Virus record (IMG/VR): IMGVR_UViG_3300025168_000098
Coordinates: 1-58,141 of that record
Source: a virus
Lineage: Duplodnaviria; Caudoviricetes
DNA length: 58,141 nt
Direction: 5' to 3' (one strand)
Of the stretch, positions 9,425 through 19,195 are shown piece after piece (the stretch's first letter is position 1; each line of letters begins with the position of its first letter). Under the pieces are notes generated by a model. It did not search any database. It saw nothing but the letters and a program-made list of their open reading frames with translations, and was not told where the DNA came from. The position numbers and the translations under genes are program-made.

Positions 9425-9913
9425 TTACTCGTTCAAAACTTTCTCGATTGAATCTGTTAATGATGATACAATATCGTATGATTCGTAGATTTGTTGTGCT
9501 TTGGTTCTGATGATGTGTTCAGGCACTACTCTTGGCCTGTTTGCATTTCTGTAAATTGATGTCTCGATTGAAACATCTACGAATACTAATCTTGTTGTCA
9601 TTCCAGCATCCTGAGCCATGTGAATGTATGTTGTCATTTTCTGAGAGTTAGTTCCTGTGGAATCATATACTGCATTGGTTGGGTTTTCAAATAAGTCTAA
9701 CATCATTTGATGACACAATAGTTTTGATTCTTCGTGAACAGTTTGAGGATTTAGTGGGTCATATTCAGGCATTGATTCTTTGATTGTATCACAGTCAATG
9801 AAAGAATGAGTTCCCAAGAACATATTTTCTCTTACATATGATTTACCTGATGCTGGTAATCCCATCATTAACACAAGTTCCGGTGTGTTTTTGTTGTCTG
9901 CTTGGTTGCTCAT
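9425..9913 (-). CDS. P-loop kinase (AAA_33/zeta-toxin/PNK-like)
   Basis: MGLPASGKS, IDCD, YDSTG and RNANR lid motif. Confidence 0.75.
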   Translation of the reverse strand: MSNQADNKNTPELVLMMGLPASGKSYVRENMFLGTHSFIDCDTIKESMPEYDPLNPQTVHEESKLLCHQMMLDLFENPTNAVYDSTGTNSQKMTTYIHMAQDAGMTTRLVFVDVSIETSIYRNANRPRVVPEHIIRTKAQQIYESYDIVSSLTDSIEKVLNE

Positions 9914-9980
9914 GTAATGAGCATGGTAGGCATTCCCTATATGAATAGATAGGGTAAATCAATGGTTTTTTCTATCAAAA
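9914..9980 (-). promoter_or_regulatory. 67-bp cassette promoter (copy 1 of 3)
   Basis: TTTTGATAGAAAAAACCATTGAT...ATTCATATAGGGAATGCC...GCTCATTAC-ATG; colinear with 20390-20456 and 35514-35580. Confidence 0.75.
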
Positions 9981-9993
9981 CTTCATTTTCTGA

Positions 9994-10857
9994 CTAAGCC
10001 GAATCATTTTTTTCTCCCTGTAAAACTGAGAGTATTCTGTTTGCTGTGTTGAGGCCAACACCTTCGATTGTCGAGAGTTCTTCCGGTGTCGTTTGACAAA
10101 GTGAAATTATTGTTGGATATTTTTTGGTAATCCTTCTTCTTAATTTTGAACCGATTTTTGGTAATCCTTCAATCAGACAATCTCGATATTCATTTACAGT
10201 TGGAGATTTTGGTCGAGGCACATACAGTCTTGGATTATCATCTTCTATTTTCTGAACTATCTTGTGAGTCAGTAATGAGGCATCGTGTCTATTGTCAATA
10301 AAAATTGGTGGATATCCAACAGCACATAGAGATGCTATGAAAGAGATTAGAGTTTGCTCACTAACACCCCTATCCCTTGCACCTAATCTAATCGCATCGT
10401 AAGACTTTGAAACAATTAGGTAGGAGTATTCAGCCTCTTCTCTCATAGCACCCAACTGCTTGAGCCTACGGCCATCAAACAGGGAAGGAATAAAGTCATC
10501 TTCCTTACGTTCTATACTGACCTTTCTTGTTGATACATCACCCTTACCTGTATCAAGACTAACTATCTCAAAACCAAGTTCAGAAAGATAGGTCAGCATT
10601 TCTTTGTGTTCTCTATGGTCAACCCGTCTATGTCGAGAAAACAACTCATTCAAAATCATCTGATTGACAAGTGGAAAAATCTCATCTGAACTTGGAGAAA
10701 TTGACAATGATTGCGTGTTGGCTTCAACAAGTTCCACAGTTAAGAATCGAGAGAATCCCAGCAGTTGACCAAGTGAAGCAGAATCGAGGAAATCAATTAG
10801 TTCAGAACGGTCATCAAGTAATCTTCCATATCTTGTCTTACGTTGATTTGTTTTCAT
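9994..10857 (-). CDS. ERCC4/XPF-family structure-specific endonuclease with HhH
   Basis: VDHRE...GD...IERKEDDF...DGRRLKQL nuclease motif; C-terminal LPKIG/IEGVG HhH pair; start placed at MKTNQ. Confidence 0.85.
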   Translation of the reverse strand: MKTNQRKTRYGRLLDDRSELIDFLDSASLGQLLGFSRFLTVELVEANTQSLSISPSSDEIFPLVNQMILNELFSRHRRVDHREHKEMLTYLSELGFEIVSLDTGKGDVSTRKVSIERKEDDFIPSLFDGRRLKQLGAMREEAEYSYLIVSKSYDAIRLGARDRGVSEQTLISFIASLCAVGYPPIFIDNRHDASLLTHKIVQKIEDDNPRLYVPRPKSPTVNEYRDCLIEGLPKIGSKLRRRITKKYPTIISLCQTTPEELSTIEGVGLNTANRILSVLQGEKNDSA

Positions 10858-12037
10858 CCCGTTTCGACCATTTGCGTTTAATCTGACGGGGTTGATAATC
10901 CATGCCCCCCATATCCTTGAATCGAGGACAAATATCGCCCACACAACAGCCATTCGCTTTGAGCGTAGTGCAGTTTGGAAAGATGTAATATTTTGGGTCA
11001 TCGAAGATAGTTGACATCTGATACAGCCGATGTTCAGTATTGTGTAAATCTACATATCCAATTTCAGTTCCTAACTGCATCCATATCTTTTCAAAATCAT
11101 GCAAACCCATTCCCAATATTTTAGCAAACAAAGCAGAATAAACTCTCGGTTTATGTGGTGGATTTCTTCTCTTTAATTCATTGACAACTCCCATACATCT
11201 TCTATCTAAGGATGCAAGAAATCGAGATGCTTCCGCATCGGTTTGAGCAATGTTGAAGTCAACATTTACAACAGGCCGAAGCAATGATTCAGGAGAATGT
11301 AATTTTACTCCGAGTTCCTTTACAAAATCAATCAGTTTCAATTTCCTTCCATTGATTTTAGGCAACTCATATTTTGGGCGATACGACATCTTTTCAATGT
11401 CCTCATGTGATAGTGTATCGAGAAGTTCCACATCAACAGGCATTGCGTGTCGGCCACTACTATTTCCATGTCTATCTATGTGCTTAGAAAAAGGAAATCT
11501 GCACAGTCTTTTGGGGTCGCCTGTTGTCTGTTCATCAAGTGTATTCAGACCTATCGTTTTACGCAAATGGTCTTGTGTTTGATGCACGATTTGTTTCAAG
11601 GCTTCACCACTTCCATCCTTGAAGTCAAACTTGAATCTTGTAGCCTCATGGACTATGAATAAATGATATCCTTTACTGCCACTATATTGAACCCAATGAG
11701 CCACATTCATTTCTCTCAAAAACGAAGATAATCTTTGAGCATCTGCAAATGCATTTTCAGGTTTTGATGAATGGTCAAAGTCGAAGAAAGTGAGTTCGTA
11801 AACAATTGTTTTTGGAGATTGTTTATTGCCAACTTCATATTGTAAATTATCATATCCACCTGTGCTTATGAAACAAGATTTATTTCCATTCCATTTTGAA
11901 TAAGACCGATAGATATCTTCCGTAGCAAAGACAAAGTTTTGACGTGGATTTCCTATGGCTCTTGGATAGTGTTTGAATCCAAAATGATTAGCCATTTCAT
12001 CAATGTTGTCAACATCAAATAAACTCATCTCAATCAC
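10838..12037 (-). CDS. Archaeo-eukaryotic primase, PriS-PriL fusion
   Basis: FFDFD, YSGSKGYH and DPKRLCRFP AEP motifs; C-terminal Cys set (RC...NCTTL...CC...ICP) like the PriL Fe-S domain. Confidence 0.85.
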   Translation of the reverse strand: MIEMSLFDVDNIDEMANHFGFKHYPRAIGNPRQNFVFATEDIYRSYSKWNGNKSCFISTGGYDNLQYEVGNKQSPKTIVYELTFFDFDHSSKPENAFADAQRLSSFLREMNVAHWVQYSGSKGYHLFIVHEATRFKFDFKDGSGEALKQIVHQTQDHLRKTIGLNTLDEQTTGDPKRLCRFPFSKHIDRHGNSSGRHAMPVDVELLDTLSHEDIEKMSYRPKYELPKINGRKLKLIDFVKELGVKLHSPESLLRPVVNVDFNIAQTDAEASRFLASLDRRCMGVVNELKRRNPPHKPRVYSALFAKILGMGLHDFEKIWMQLGTEIGYVDLHNTEHRLYQMSTIFDDPKYYIFPNCTTLKANGCCVGDICPRFKDMGGMDYQPRQIKRKWSKRDENKST

Positions 12038-12264
12038 TCTTCATTTAGTATATTTTTTAGATTATCCGAAGCATCCTTAATGTGAGTTTTTACTCTTGCT
12101 TTGTAAGCCATTTGAACTTGTTCATCTGTGATTCCAGCATGAGCAAGTAGTAGGTCAACAGATACTATCATTTTCAATGTAGTTCTATCATCATCAGTCA
12201 TCCCTAACATTTGTTCTGCAAGTGCTATATCGAATCCTATTTTGTTTGGGTCAAACATATTCAC
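12034..12264 (-). CDS. Hypothetical protein
   Basis: 76 aa, overlaps both neighbours. Confidence 0.6.
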   Translation of the reverse strand: MNMFDPNKIGFDIALAEQMLGMTDDDRTTLKMIVSVDLLLAHAGITDEQVQMAYKARVKTHIKDASDNLKNILNEE

Positions 12265-13058
12265 ACATCCCTCATTGTTTCAGCAACAATCAACGTAGTA
12301 TCTCCACATTCAATTACGATAAATGGAACGTCTTTGTGTTTGTGAATTACGAAAGTATTTCCCTCACATCGAGATAATATTCCAGCAAGTATTTCTGATA
12401 AATTAATTTCAATTTTTTCACCTTCAACATCTGCATCTATAACAGAATAAGATTGATTGTTTTTAGCCCCCCAATGTCCTGATGCACAGGTTGATTTTTT
12501 CTTGTCAAAAGTAAATACAATGTAAGGTGCTTTGGCAACTTTCATATCTACCAAACCTTGAGATAATGAATCTCTTGAAAGTGTTATTCTTGTAGTGCAA
12601 ACTTCGTTATCTTTCTGAGGAATCTTGACCCATCCTTTCTTGTCTTTAGGCATCAACCATCTATCGGGAACTATGGAACAATCATCTTCATCTGCTGGAT
12701 GATATACAGTCCGAGAACCGTTTTTATTTTTGATTTCAATTGGCTTGTTTGCTTCTGTTGTAATTTGTATTATTTCATTACCAAACTTTGTAGATAATAA
12801 CTCAGAAAAAGAATCAGGAGATATTAGTAAAACACACGGCTCTTTGACTTTCAAATCATCCACTTTAGAATCAGTCAAAAGAAGATTCATTGTGTTTGAT
12901 ATATCGTGAGTCCATATGCTTATTCCATCATCCGTTAGAAGCATTCTAACAGGGTTTGCTGGCTTATCCATAACGATTCTCTTCAACGTCTTAGAAAGTG
13001 ATGACGCTGATACTCTTATTGTTGCATTTCGTGATACATGGCTATTGGGTGTTATCAT
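12261..13058 (-). CDS. pcn: Sliding clamp (PCNA-like)
   Basis: 265 aa; N-terminal pattern (LTDDGISIWTHDISNTM) and size fit PCNA; RFC genes and a PolB PIP box are present. Confidence 0.6.
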   Translation of the reverse strand: MITPNSHVSRNATIRVSASSLSKTLKRIVMDKPANPVRMLLTDDGISIWTHDISNTMNLLLTDSKVDDLKVKEPCVLLISPDSFSELLSTKFGNEIIQITTEANKPIEIKNKNGSRTVYHPADEDDCSIVPDRWLMPKDKKGWVKIPQKDNEVCTTRITLSRDSLSQGLVDMKVAKAPYIVFTFDKKKSTCASGHWGAKNNQSYSVIDADVEGEKIEINLSEILAGILSRCEGNTFVIHKHKDVPFIVIECGDTTLIVAETMRDV

Positions 13059-13202
13059 AATTTTACATCGGTTCGCCCACCGATATAAATGAAGTCATTT
13101 TGTGAAGTTATGGATTTTCGGGCTTGAATCAATTGAGATGTTGACCTCAACATGGAATGTTTGAAAAAAACTGCAAAAAAAACTGCGGAAAAAATCGAGA
13201 AA

Positions 13203-13559
13203 TTATTTTTCATCGTAAGCATCTTCATGTGCTAACCAAGTTTTCTGAGGATATTTTGTTCTTCCATCAAGACCTGCAACTCTTGATTCACCAGCACAGA
13301 AAAACAGATGTGGTTTTTTGGCTAAATGATTTGTCAATCTGTGAATCTCAAATGGTTGATTTTTCAACTGAACTATTTCTCCTGTTGTTAATGGTTCTCC
13401 ATCGGGATAAATCGCACCAGCCGCAATCAAAGCCTTCCATAATCTTTTGACATTTCGACCATCTGTTTTACCCATGCGACCAAACTTTCTTGTTCCATAT
13501 TTTGAAGATGGAACTTCTCTTGTTTTGGGGTCGTTTTCTTGGTCTTTAGAGTTCGTCAT
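13203..13559 (-). CDS. Winged-helix DNA-binding protein (DUF3860-like)
   Basis: LTTGEI...LTNHLAKKPHLF...G..R...Y...W resembles, from recall, the DUF3860 wHTH family of MGII archaea. Confidence 0.5.
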   Translation of the reverse strand: MTNSKDQENDPKTREVPSSKYGTRKFGRMGKTDGRNVKRLWKALIAAGAIYPDGEPLTTGEIVQLKNQPFEIHRLTNHLAKKPHLFFCAGESRVAGLDGRTKYPQKTWLAHEDAYDEK

Positions 13560-14742
13560 TAGGCTTTCGTCTTATGTTCAATGTCCGGTAGGGTTTAGTA
13601 ATAGCGGAACTCTTTACTTCATCGGCTACTTTGTCAGGCAATATAGGCAATATTCGTTCAACTGCTGTCTTAGATAATGTTGAGACTTGACCGTATGCAG
13701 TAGCACCTATTATTCTTTGAACTTCTGATGGAATATATTCTGTTCTTTTCCTGTCATCATAAGTTACTTTCCATTCGGTAGTTTGTATTGGTTCTCCACC
13801 TGATTGCATATCGAACCATTCTTGTTTAATCGTATCTTCCATTTGCTTTCTTTTCTTAGTCAAAATAGACTGTGCCGCTTTGACTGATGCAAGAGTTGTG
13901 AGCATCTCATTTTGGTCAAGAGAAGTTGGGTCATCCGGCACTACCAAATCCCATGAGCCATTCATAATCAAATCCTGTGCTGTCGGACATATATCTACAA
14001 ACGGACACCACTTGCATCCATCACCTATTGTCGGCACAGGGTCGGTAACAGATTGAATCCATTCATACTGTCCTTTCAACCATGCCTTGAATGACTCAAT
14101 TCTTTCATCAGACCATATTGTTGTAACTGTTCCATAACGAAGTAAATCGAAAGTGAAAATTATATCTCTATCAGGCCATATTTCTTTGGCTACTGCTATG
14201 TATATACCAGCCTGAATATTAGAGTCTGCTTCTTCCTGTTTGATTGGTTTTCTTTGTGATTTGTAATCTAGCAATTCTATTGTTCCATCAGGATGTTCTA
14301 ATACTAAATCTATGAACCCAAAAATGGGTGTTCCATTGGATAATCTATGTGGTGCTTTATGTGAGCCAAGTGATTGTTCAACTGCAAGCACTTTGACCTT
14401 CCTTCCACCCCTTTCAACAAACCATCTTTTTATCATTCGTTTGCCATCTTCATACATATCAAAATTGACTTCATTTTTTGAAGATTCTTCGTCATATAAT
14501 TCTAATAATTTTTTCAGAAGTGGCCTACGAACTTTTCCTGTTTTGGGATTCGGCCTTCTCCATTCTTCCAAAGCATTGTGAATGTTATTTCCTAACTTTG
14601 CCGCTTGCATATTATCTCGATGTTCGTTCTTCCATCTGATAGTTCTATCATCAGCATTATCAGGGTCATATTTCTTCCCATAAGAAAACATACAATCCTG
14701 AGCAAGTTTTAGTCGAGATGCGGATAAGTATGGAACTTTCAT
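13546..14742 (-). CDS. PD-(D/E)xK exonuclease (Cas4/AddB/RecB-like, Fe-S staple)
   Basis: LSASRL...C, GNNIHNALE, GFIDLV, LLDYKS, QAGIY, CKWCPFVDICP. Confidence 0.85.
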   Translation of the reverse strand: MKVPYLSASRLKLAQDCMFSYGKKYDPDNADDRTIRWKNEHRDNMQAAKLGNNIHNALEEWRRPNPKTGKVRRPLLKKLLELYDEESSKNEVNFDMYEDGKRMIKRWFVERGGRKVKVLAVEQSLGSHKAPHRLSNGTPIFGFIDLVLEHPDGTIELLDYKSQRKPIKQEEADSNIQAGIYIAVAKEIWPDRDIIFTFDLLRYGTVTTIWSDERIESFKAWLKGQYEWIQSVTDPVPTIGDGCKWCPFVDICPTAQDLIMNGSWDLVVPDDPTSLDQNEMLTTLASVKAAQSILTKKRKQMEDTIKQEWFDMQSGGEPIQTTEWKVTYDDRKRTEYIPSEVQRIIGATAYGQVSTLSKTAVERILPILPDKVADEVKSSAITKPYRTLNIRRKPNDEL

Positions 14743-14773
14743 TTGTATGCCTCAGATTGTCTCTATTTGATAG

Positions 14774-15661
14774 TTATTGGGTATTATCTTCAACTGCCTT
14801 CCAAAACTTTTCTTGAGTTGGGTGCATTAGTTGAAATGGTTCACAAGTTCTGCTCTTTCTGACAATCGCAATATGTCTTGTTTTGATTTCTTTTCCTTTC
14901 GCTCTTTGTTGTTGATGAAACTCGATTATCCAATCGAAGATAGGGTCGGTCATATCTGCTCGACCTGCACTTGTGATAACTTTCTTTTCGTTAGCAGTTC
15001 CATATCCTTCTGTGTATTCTCTCAACAATGTGGTGGAGATAAAATTAAATTGAAACATTTCTGCCGCAATTTTGATTCTTTCATATGGAGTAAAGAACAT
15101 CTTGTTTATCACTTTGTAAGAATGCATTTGACCCTCTTTGAAAGCAGGTAATGTTTTCTTCCCTTCTGCTATTGCTTGAGTCTGTCTTGCTAACATTAAA
15201 TCTGCTTCACTTTTACCATGAACTTCATATGAATAATAGTCTCTACAACCAACATAGAATGCCGCTTCATTTTCAAAAATTAAGACTCGACAACCATCAG
15301 GATATTTTTCTTGATGTTGTCTATGTAAATCAATAAATGCCAATGCGATTTCATTTACATCTGCTGGTGTTCTGCAAACTTTTCTAATTAGTCTTGAACG
15401 CAATTCAGTTGGAATAATATCTTCTCTTTTTACAAGAGCCGTCTGACCTTCTAAATCACAGTCAATGATAGTGCATAAGCAAGCGTCAGGGTCTTTGCCT
15501 TCTGATAAGTGGGCGAAGGTAGTAAGAGCGAAATGGCTCTTACCACCACCTGCAAATCCTTGCAGTTTCATATGCTTTAGTTGAGGCCGATTCGCCATGT
15601 CTATTCCTGTATCACAAGACTCAATCAAATCTGCATATTTCTCAACTTTCTTTTTCGCCAC
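14774..15661 (-). CDS. RecA-superfamily ATPase (Sak4/AAA_24-like)
   Basis: GFAGGGKS, IIDCDLEG; lies between SSB and exonuclease; GTG start after GGTGA SD. Confidence 0.65.
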   Translation of the reverse strand: MAKKKVEKYADLIESCDTGIDMANRPQLKHMKLQGFAGGGKSHFALTTFAHLSEGKDPDACLCTIIDCDLEGQTALVKREDIIPTELRSRLIRKVCRTPADVNEIALAFIDLHRQHQEKYPDGCRVLIFENEAAFYVGCRDYYSYEVHGKSEADLMLARQTQAIAEGKKTLPAFKEGQMHSYKVINKMFFTPYERIKIAAEMFQFNFISTTLLREYTEGYGTANEKKVITSAGRADMTDPIFDWIIEFHQQQRAKGKEIKTRHIAIVRKSRTCEPFQLMHPTQEKFWKAVEDNTQ

Positions 15662-15666
15662 TTCAA

Positions 15667-16845
15667 TCACCAATCTTCCCAATCATCATCGTCATCATCG
15701 GATTCTGCTGGACTTACTTTTTCATCAGATTTGGTGTTGGCTTCAACAACAGGTTCTTCAACAGTCTCAGGTTCTTTTTCTGCTTCAACAGTTTCAACAA
15801 CTTCTTCTTCTTTTTCTTCATCATCTTCATCGTCATCACCGATAGTTTTGATGTCTGAATTATTGAAGTAATCAGCCGCATCATCATCGTCATCATCTGA
15901 ACCAACAGAAGTCTCAGGAACAGGGGGTGCTACTGTGATAATTCCTATTGCTGTTTCTACATTTGCAGATAGTCCATATTCACCATTTTCCTTTGTAGTT
16001 AGAAGTGCAAGAATCCTACTATATTTTCCGAATCTTGAAGCGATTGATGTTGATGTTATACAATTCAAGAGAAGATTTTCACCACTCTCAATTGCTTCCA
16101 TAGTCATAGTAGAATCATCCTTCAAAAGCATCTTGCCAAATTGACTTCCAGCCCTACTATTCTGAACACCTGCATATGATACAGTTGCTTCAACTAAACG
16201 ATAATCAGTTGGACTTCTACTAATATCTTCATCCAAGTCAGAAATCGGTGAAATATCAAACATTGATTTTAGTAATTCTACCCTATCAGAATGGTCATAC
16301 TTTTCTGCTTTGAAAGAAGTAATCCCCGACATAGTTCTAAGGTCGAGAACTTCTGCATCAAGATTCCTACAAGATACACTTAGAGAGTAAGTTCCACCTG
16401 CTTCAATATCATCTGCTATTGAAGTCTCGGCATCCCATAAACTCATTCTGAAAAGTGCTGAATCCATCACGCTTCCATCTGTATCTTCAACAACCGCTTG
16501 ACCTATCATAAAACAAGCAGGTCTTGGATTGCCTTTATTGATTCCAACAGTTCGATGTGCTACTTCAAAAACATCAACATGGGCAGTATATCTCTTCTGT
16601 CTTAGAATGCTTGTTAAATCAATTAGAACAGCATCAGTTACGAAGGATTGGGCTATCTCACTTTTCATTCCACCAAGAGCATCTATCTGAGGCTTATTTG
16701 TTGGGTCTTTAGCGAAATTAGCGAACAGTCTGATAACTGCGGAATCATCTGTGAAGATTCCTTTTGAAATCCCACTATCTATGAATGGGCGTAATCTCTT
16801 CTCGGCATACTTGGGCAATTTACTAGGAGTCTTTTTATTCGACAT
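15667..16845 (-). CDS. ssDNA-binding protein (RPA/OB-fold-like) with acidic tail
   Basis: FRMSLWD OB-type strand; long acidic tail ending DDDWEDW; context. Confidence 0.6.
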   Translation of the reverse strand: MSNKKTPSKLPKYAEKRLRPFIDSGISKGIFTDDSAVIRLFANFAKDPTNKPQIDALGGMKSEIAQSFVTDAVLIDLTSILRQKRYTAHVDVFEVAHRTVGINKGNPRPACFMIGQAVVEDTDGSVMDSALFRMSLWDAETSIADDIEAGGTYSLSVSCRNLDAEVLDLRTMSGITSFKAEKYDHSDRVELLKSMFDISPISDLDEDISRSPTDYRLVEATVSYAGVQNSRAGSQFGKMLLKDDSTMTMEAIESGENLLLNCITSTSIASRFGKYSRILALLTTKENGEYGLSANVETAIGIITVAPPVPETSVGSDDDDDDAADYFNNSDIKTIGDDDEDDEEKEEEVVETVEAEKEPETVEEPVVEANTKSDEKVSPAESDDDDDDWEDW

Positions 16846-16879
16846 AATTCCTATCCGTTCTTCCCACCCTTATGAATGA

Positions 16880-18883
16880 TTAGTGGGATGACAAATCCTC
16901 ATCTGAAAAATGATTTTCCATCAACGCATCCCATACGTCATTATCATCTGCATTGACATGAACTTTAGATGCTTCTCTAACTTTTTCTTTTATGTCTCGA
17001 TGCTTCTCTAAATCTTGAGTTGCATCAGATTCTAACTCTTCATCTAACCAAGATTTTCCTGAGAACAAAATATCGTTTTGTTCGCTATCACCAATGATTG
17101 TTGACATCAACGTGTCTTTATTGATTGGTCGAAAATATGTTGGAAGAAATAAACTTCTCCAAATACTAGATTCTTTTTTATTTTGACATCCTAATTCTTT
17201 CAATGTTTGACCTTCTCCTTTGTCTAATTTTCTTATAGATTTTGGAACTGCGGAAACATTAATTATACTTCGATATTCTGATATAATATCCATCAAACTA
17301 TTTCTGATTCCTTCTACAAATAATGGAGTCAAGGAATAATTATCCATTAGTCCTTTTCTTGTCTTAACAATCCTGTAAGTTTTCTTTTTTCCGCCTCTTC
17401 CACCACCTCTTCTGAGAACTTCAATTAATCCTGAATCTTCAAGAGTTGGAAGATGTTTTTCTATCAACGCATTCTTTGAAAGAGAAAAGGCATGGATGTG
17501 CAACCATTGTAGTATATTATCAACCGTTAAAGCCCTATTAGATTCATCCATTTTAATCATCTGAGTAAAGGTTGACCAAGAATCATCCGGCACTCCTGAT
17601 AGGCTTGCCCTCAATACCAAATCTGCTAAGACCAAACCAATGATATTGTCCTCAATCGAGGAAAGTAAAAATTGTTCTCCACTTGCATTTGTAAATACAG
17701 GTCTTTGGTGTTGATGAAGTAAAGTAATTGAATCAATAATTGACAAAACTTTTCCGATATCTCTTTGATGTTGTGCAGACCTTGAAGGGAAGAAATCTGC
17801 CATCTGTGGGGCAAAGATATTTCTAACTCTATATTTGTTCAATGAAAGCATAGATGCTTGCATCAAAGTCAGGTCTTTGTGAACCTGAAATAAGTCAGGG
17901 TTTGCTTTCGCTAATAAAGAGTTTTTAACAACTGATGAAACTTTTCCAGCAGTAGTATCAGGAGTCATCAAAAGTGTTCTTGTTATCTGCTCTTGCTCAC
18001 TAGGATTTCTTGTAGTCAAAGTAATGAAAGAAGGTTGACCACGAATGATAAAATCTCTTGTTTCTATTTCACCTGTCAATTCATTTTTGATTGGAGTTTT
18101 CCAAATTAATTCATCATCATCTCCTGACATCAACGGTTTCATTTTTTTGACGAAAGCATAAGAGTCATCTTTCTCTAATACAATGATACACTTATTGTCA
18201 ACATGAATGATGAAATTACCATCGTCATCAATCTCATCATAATCGTATTTTAGAGCCTCTTTACTTGCACCTGCAAGCACCATACACATTGACTTAGGAA
18301 CACCGTTCCTTGCAGTTAAAACCATGTATGTCTTTCCAGCCGCAGAAGTTGCTACCATTTCCAAGTTTAATGGGTTGTCTGTTTTACATGACATGATAAC
18401 TAAAAATGTCAGTATAAGATTTGCATCATCACCGATGAAAGGTGTATCTCTTGATTCGTGTAATATTTTGTTAATTTTGTCGAGCAACAAATCGTCAGCA
18501 AGAAACTTTTCAATCGTGTTGGCATCAACAGCCCCTAATGTTGAATCTGAACCGAGATATTTGTCAATTTCAGGAATCTTCACAACTTCGGGTGCTGGTG
18601 TATATTTTGCATCTCTAATAATTACTCCAACTTCCAATAGTGTATCTTTGAAAAGTTGTTTTTCACCTTCTGCAATTCCAGCAGAAGTTACAAACCTAGC
18701 AATACTATGTTGGGATAGTAGATTTAATTTTCCTTTTGGTTTCTCATCTATATCAGTTGAGAAATCAATTCTTCCTTTCTTAGAAGATAAAAATGTAAGG
18801 ACAACTTTACGTTCTCCAACCATAACTGTAAACTTACTTGCACTCTCAGATGATTGTAAAACTTGTATCTCATTTTCTTCCAT
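16880..18883 (-). CDS. Divergent MCM-like AAA+ helicase with C-terminal wHTH
   Basis: ATSAAGKT Walker A, IIVLEKD, QITRTL Arg finger, wHTH (LEDSGLIE...KKTYRI); start MEENE set by promoter spacing. Confidence 0.6.
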   Translation of the reverse strand: MEENEIQVLQSSESASKFTVMVGERKVVLTFLSSKKGRIDFSTDIDEKPKGKLNLLSQHSIARFVTSAGIAEGEKQLFKDTLLEVGVIIRDAKYTPAPEVVKIPEIDKYLGSDSTLGAVDANTIEKFLADDLLLDKINKILHESRDTPFIGDDANLILTFLVIMSCKTDNPLNLEMVATSAAGKTYMVLTARNGVPKSMCMVLAGASKEALKYDYDEIDDDGNFIIHVDNKCIIVLEKDDSYAFVKKMKPLMSGDDDELIWKTPIKNELTGEIETRDFIIRGQPSFITLTTRNPSEQEQITRTLLMTPDTTAGKVSSVVKNSLLAKANPDLFQVHKDLTLMQASMLSLNKYRVRNIFAPQMADFFPSRSAQHQRDIGKVLSIIDSITLLHQHQRPVFTNASGEQFLLSSIEDNIIGLVLADLVLRASLSGVPDDSWSTFTQMIKMDESNRALTVDNILQWLHIHAFSLSKNALIEKHLPTLEDSGLIEVLRRGGGRGGKKKTYRIVKTRKGLMDNYSLTPLFVEGIRNSLMDIISEYRSIINVSAVPKSIRKLDKGEGQTLKELGCQNKKESSIWRSLFLPTYFRPINKDTLMSTIIGDSEQNDILFSGKSWLDEELESDATQDLEKHRDIKEKVREASKVHVNADDNDVWDALMENHFSDEDLSSH

Positions 18884-18910
18884 ACTACTCATCCGTTTAT
18901 CCCACCCTTT

Positions 18911-19195
18911 TCAATCCTCGATATGAAGCCATACTGTTTCCTTTGGTGGAGAACCAATCAAAGTCCAATAAACACCACATCCTTTGTCTCCACATATTAC
19001 TACAATATTAGGAAATTGATTCAACGGAGATAATAGTAATGCATCCATTTCTGCTTCTCTTGCACATTCAGGATTTAGACATTTTTCGATGATGCTTACA
19101 CCATACACATCTGCTATTCTTGAAGGTGAACCTAAGTTCCTATTATCAGGAGTTAGAACCTGTTTAGGAATTGGTTTACCATCTAAAAATCTCAT
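18911..19195 (-). CDS. Small Zn-binding protein
   Basis: CLNPEC and CGDKGC pairs. Confidence 0.6.
   Translation of the reverse strand: MRFLDGKPIPKQVLTPDNRNLGSPSRIADVYGVSIIEKCLNPECAREAEMDALLLSPLNQFPNIVVICGDKGCGVYWTLIGSPPKETVWLHIED

Noticed and set aside
12005-12015. TGTTG-T-CAACA (also TGTTG-TAT-CAACA near 39973 and TGTTG-ACAT-CAACG at 17099)
   Set aside because: Wrong spacer length or one mismatch, so excluded from the count of 32.
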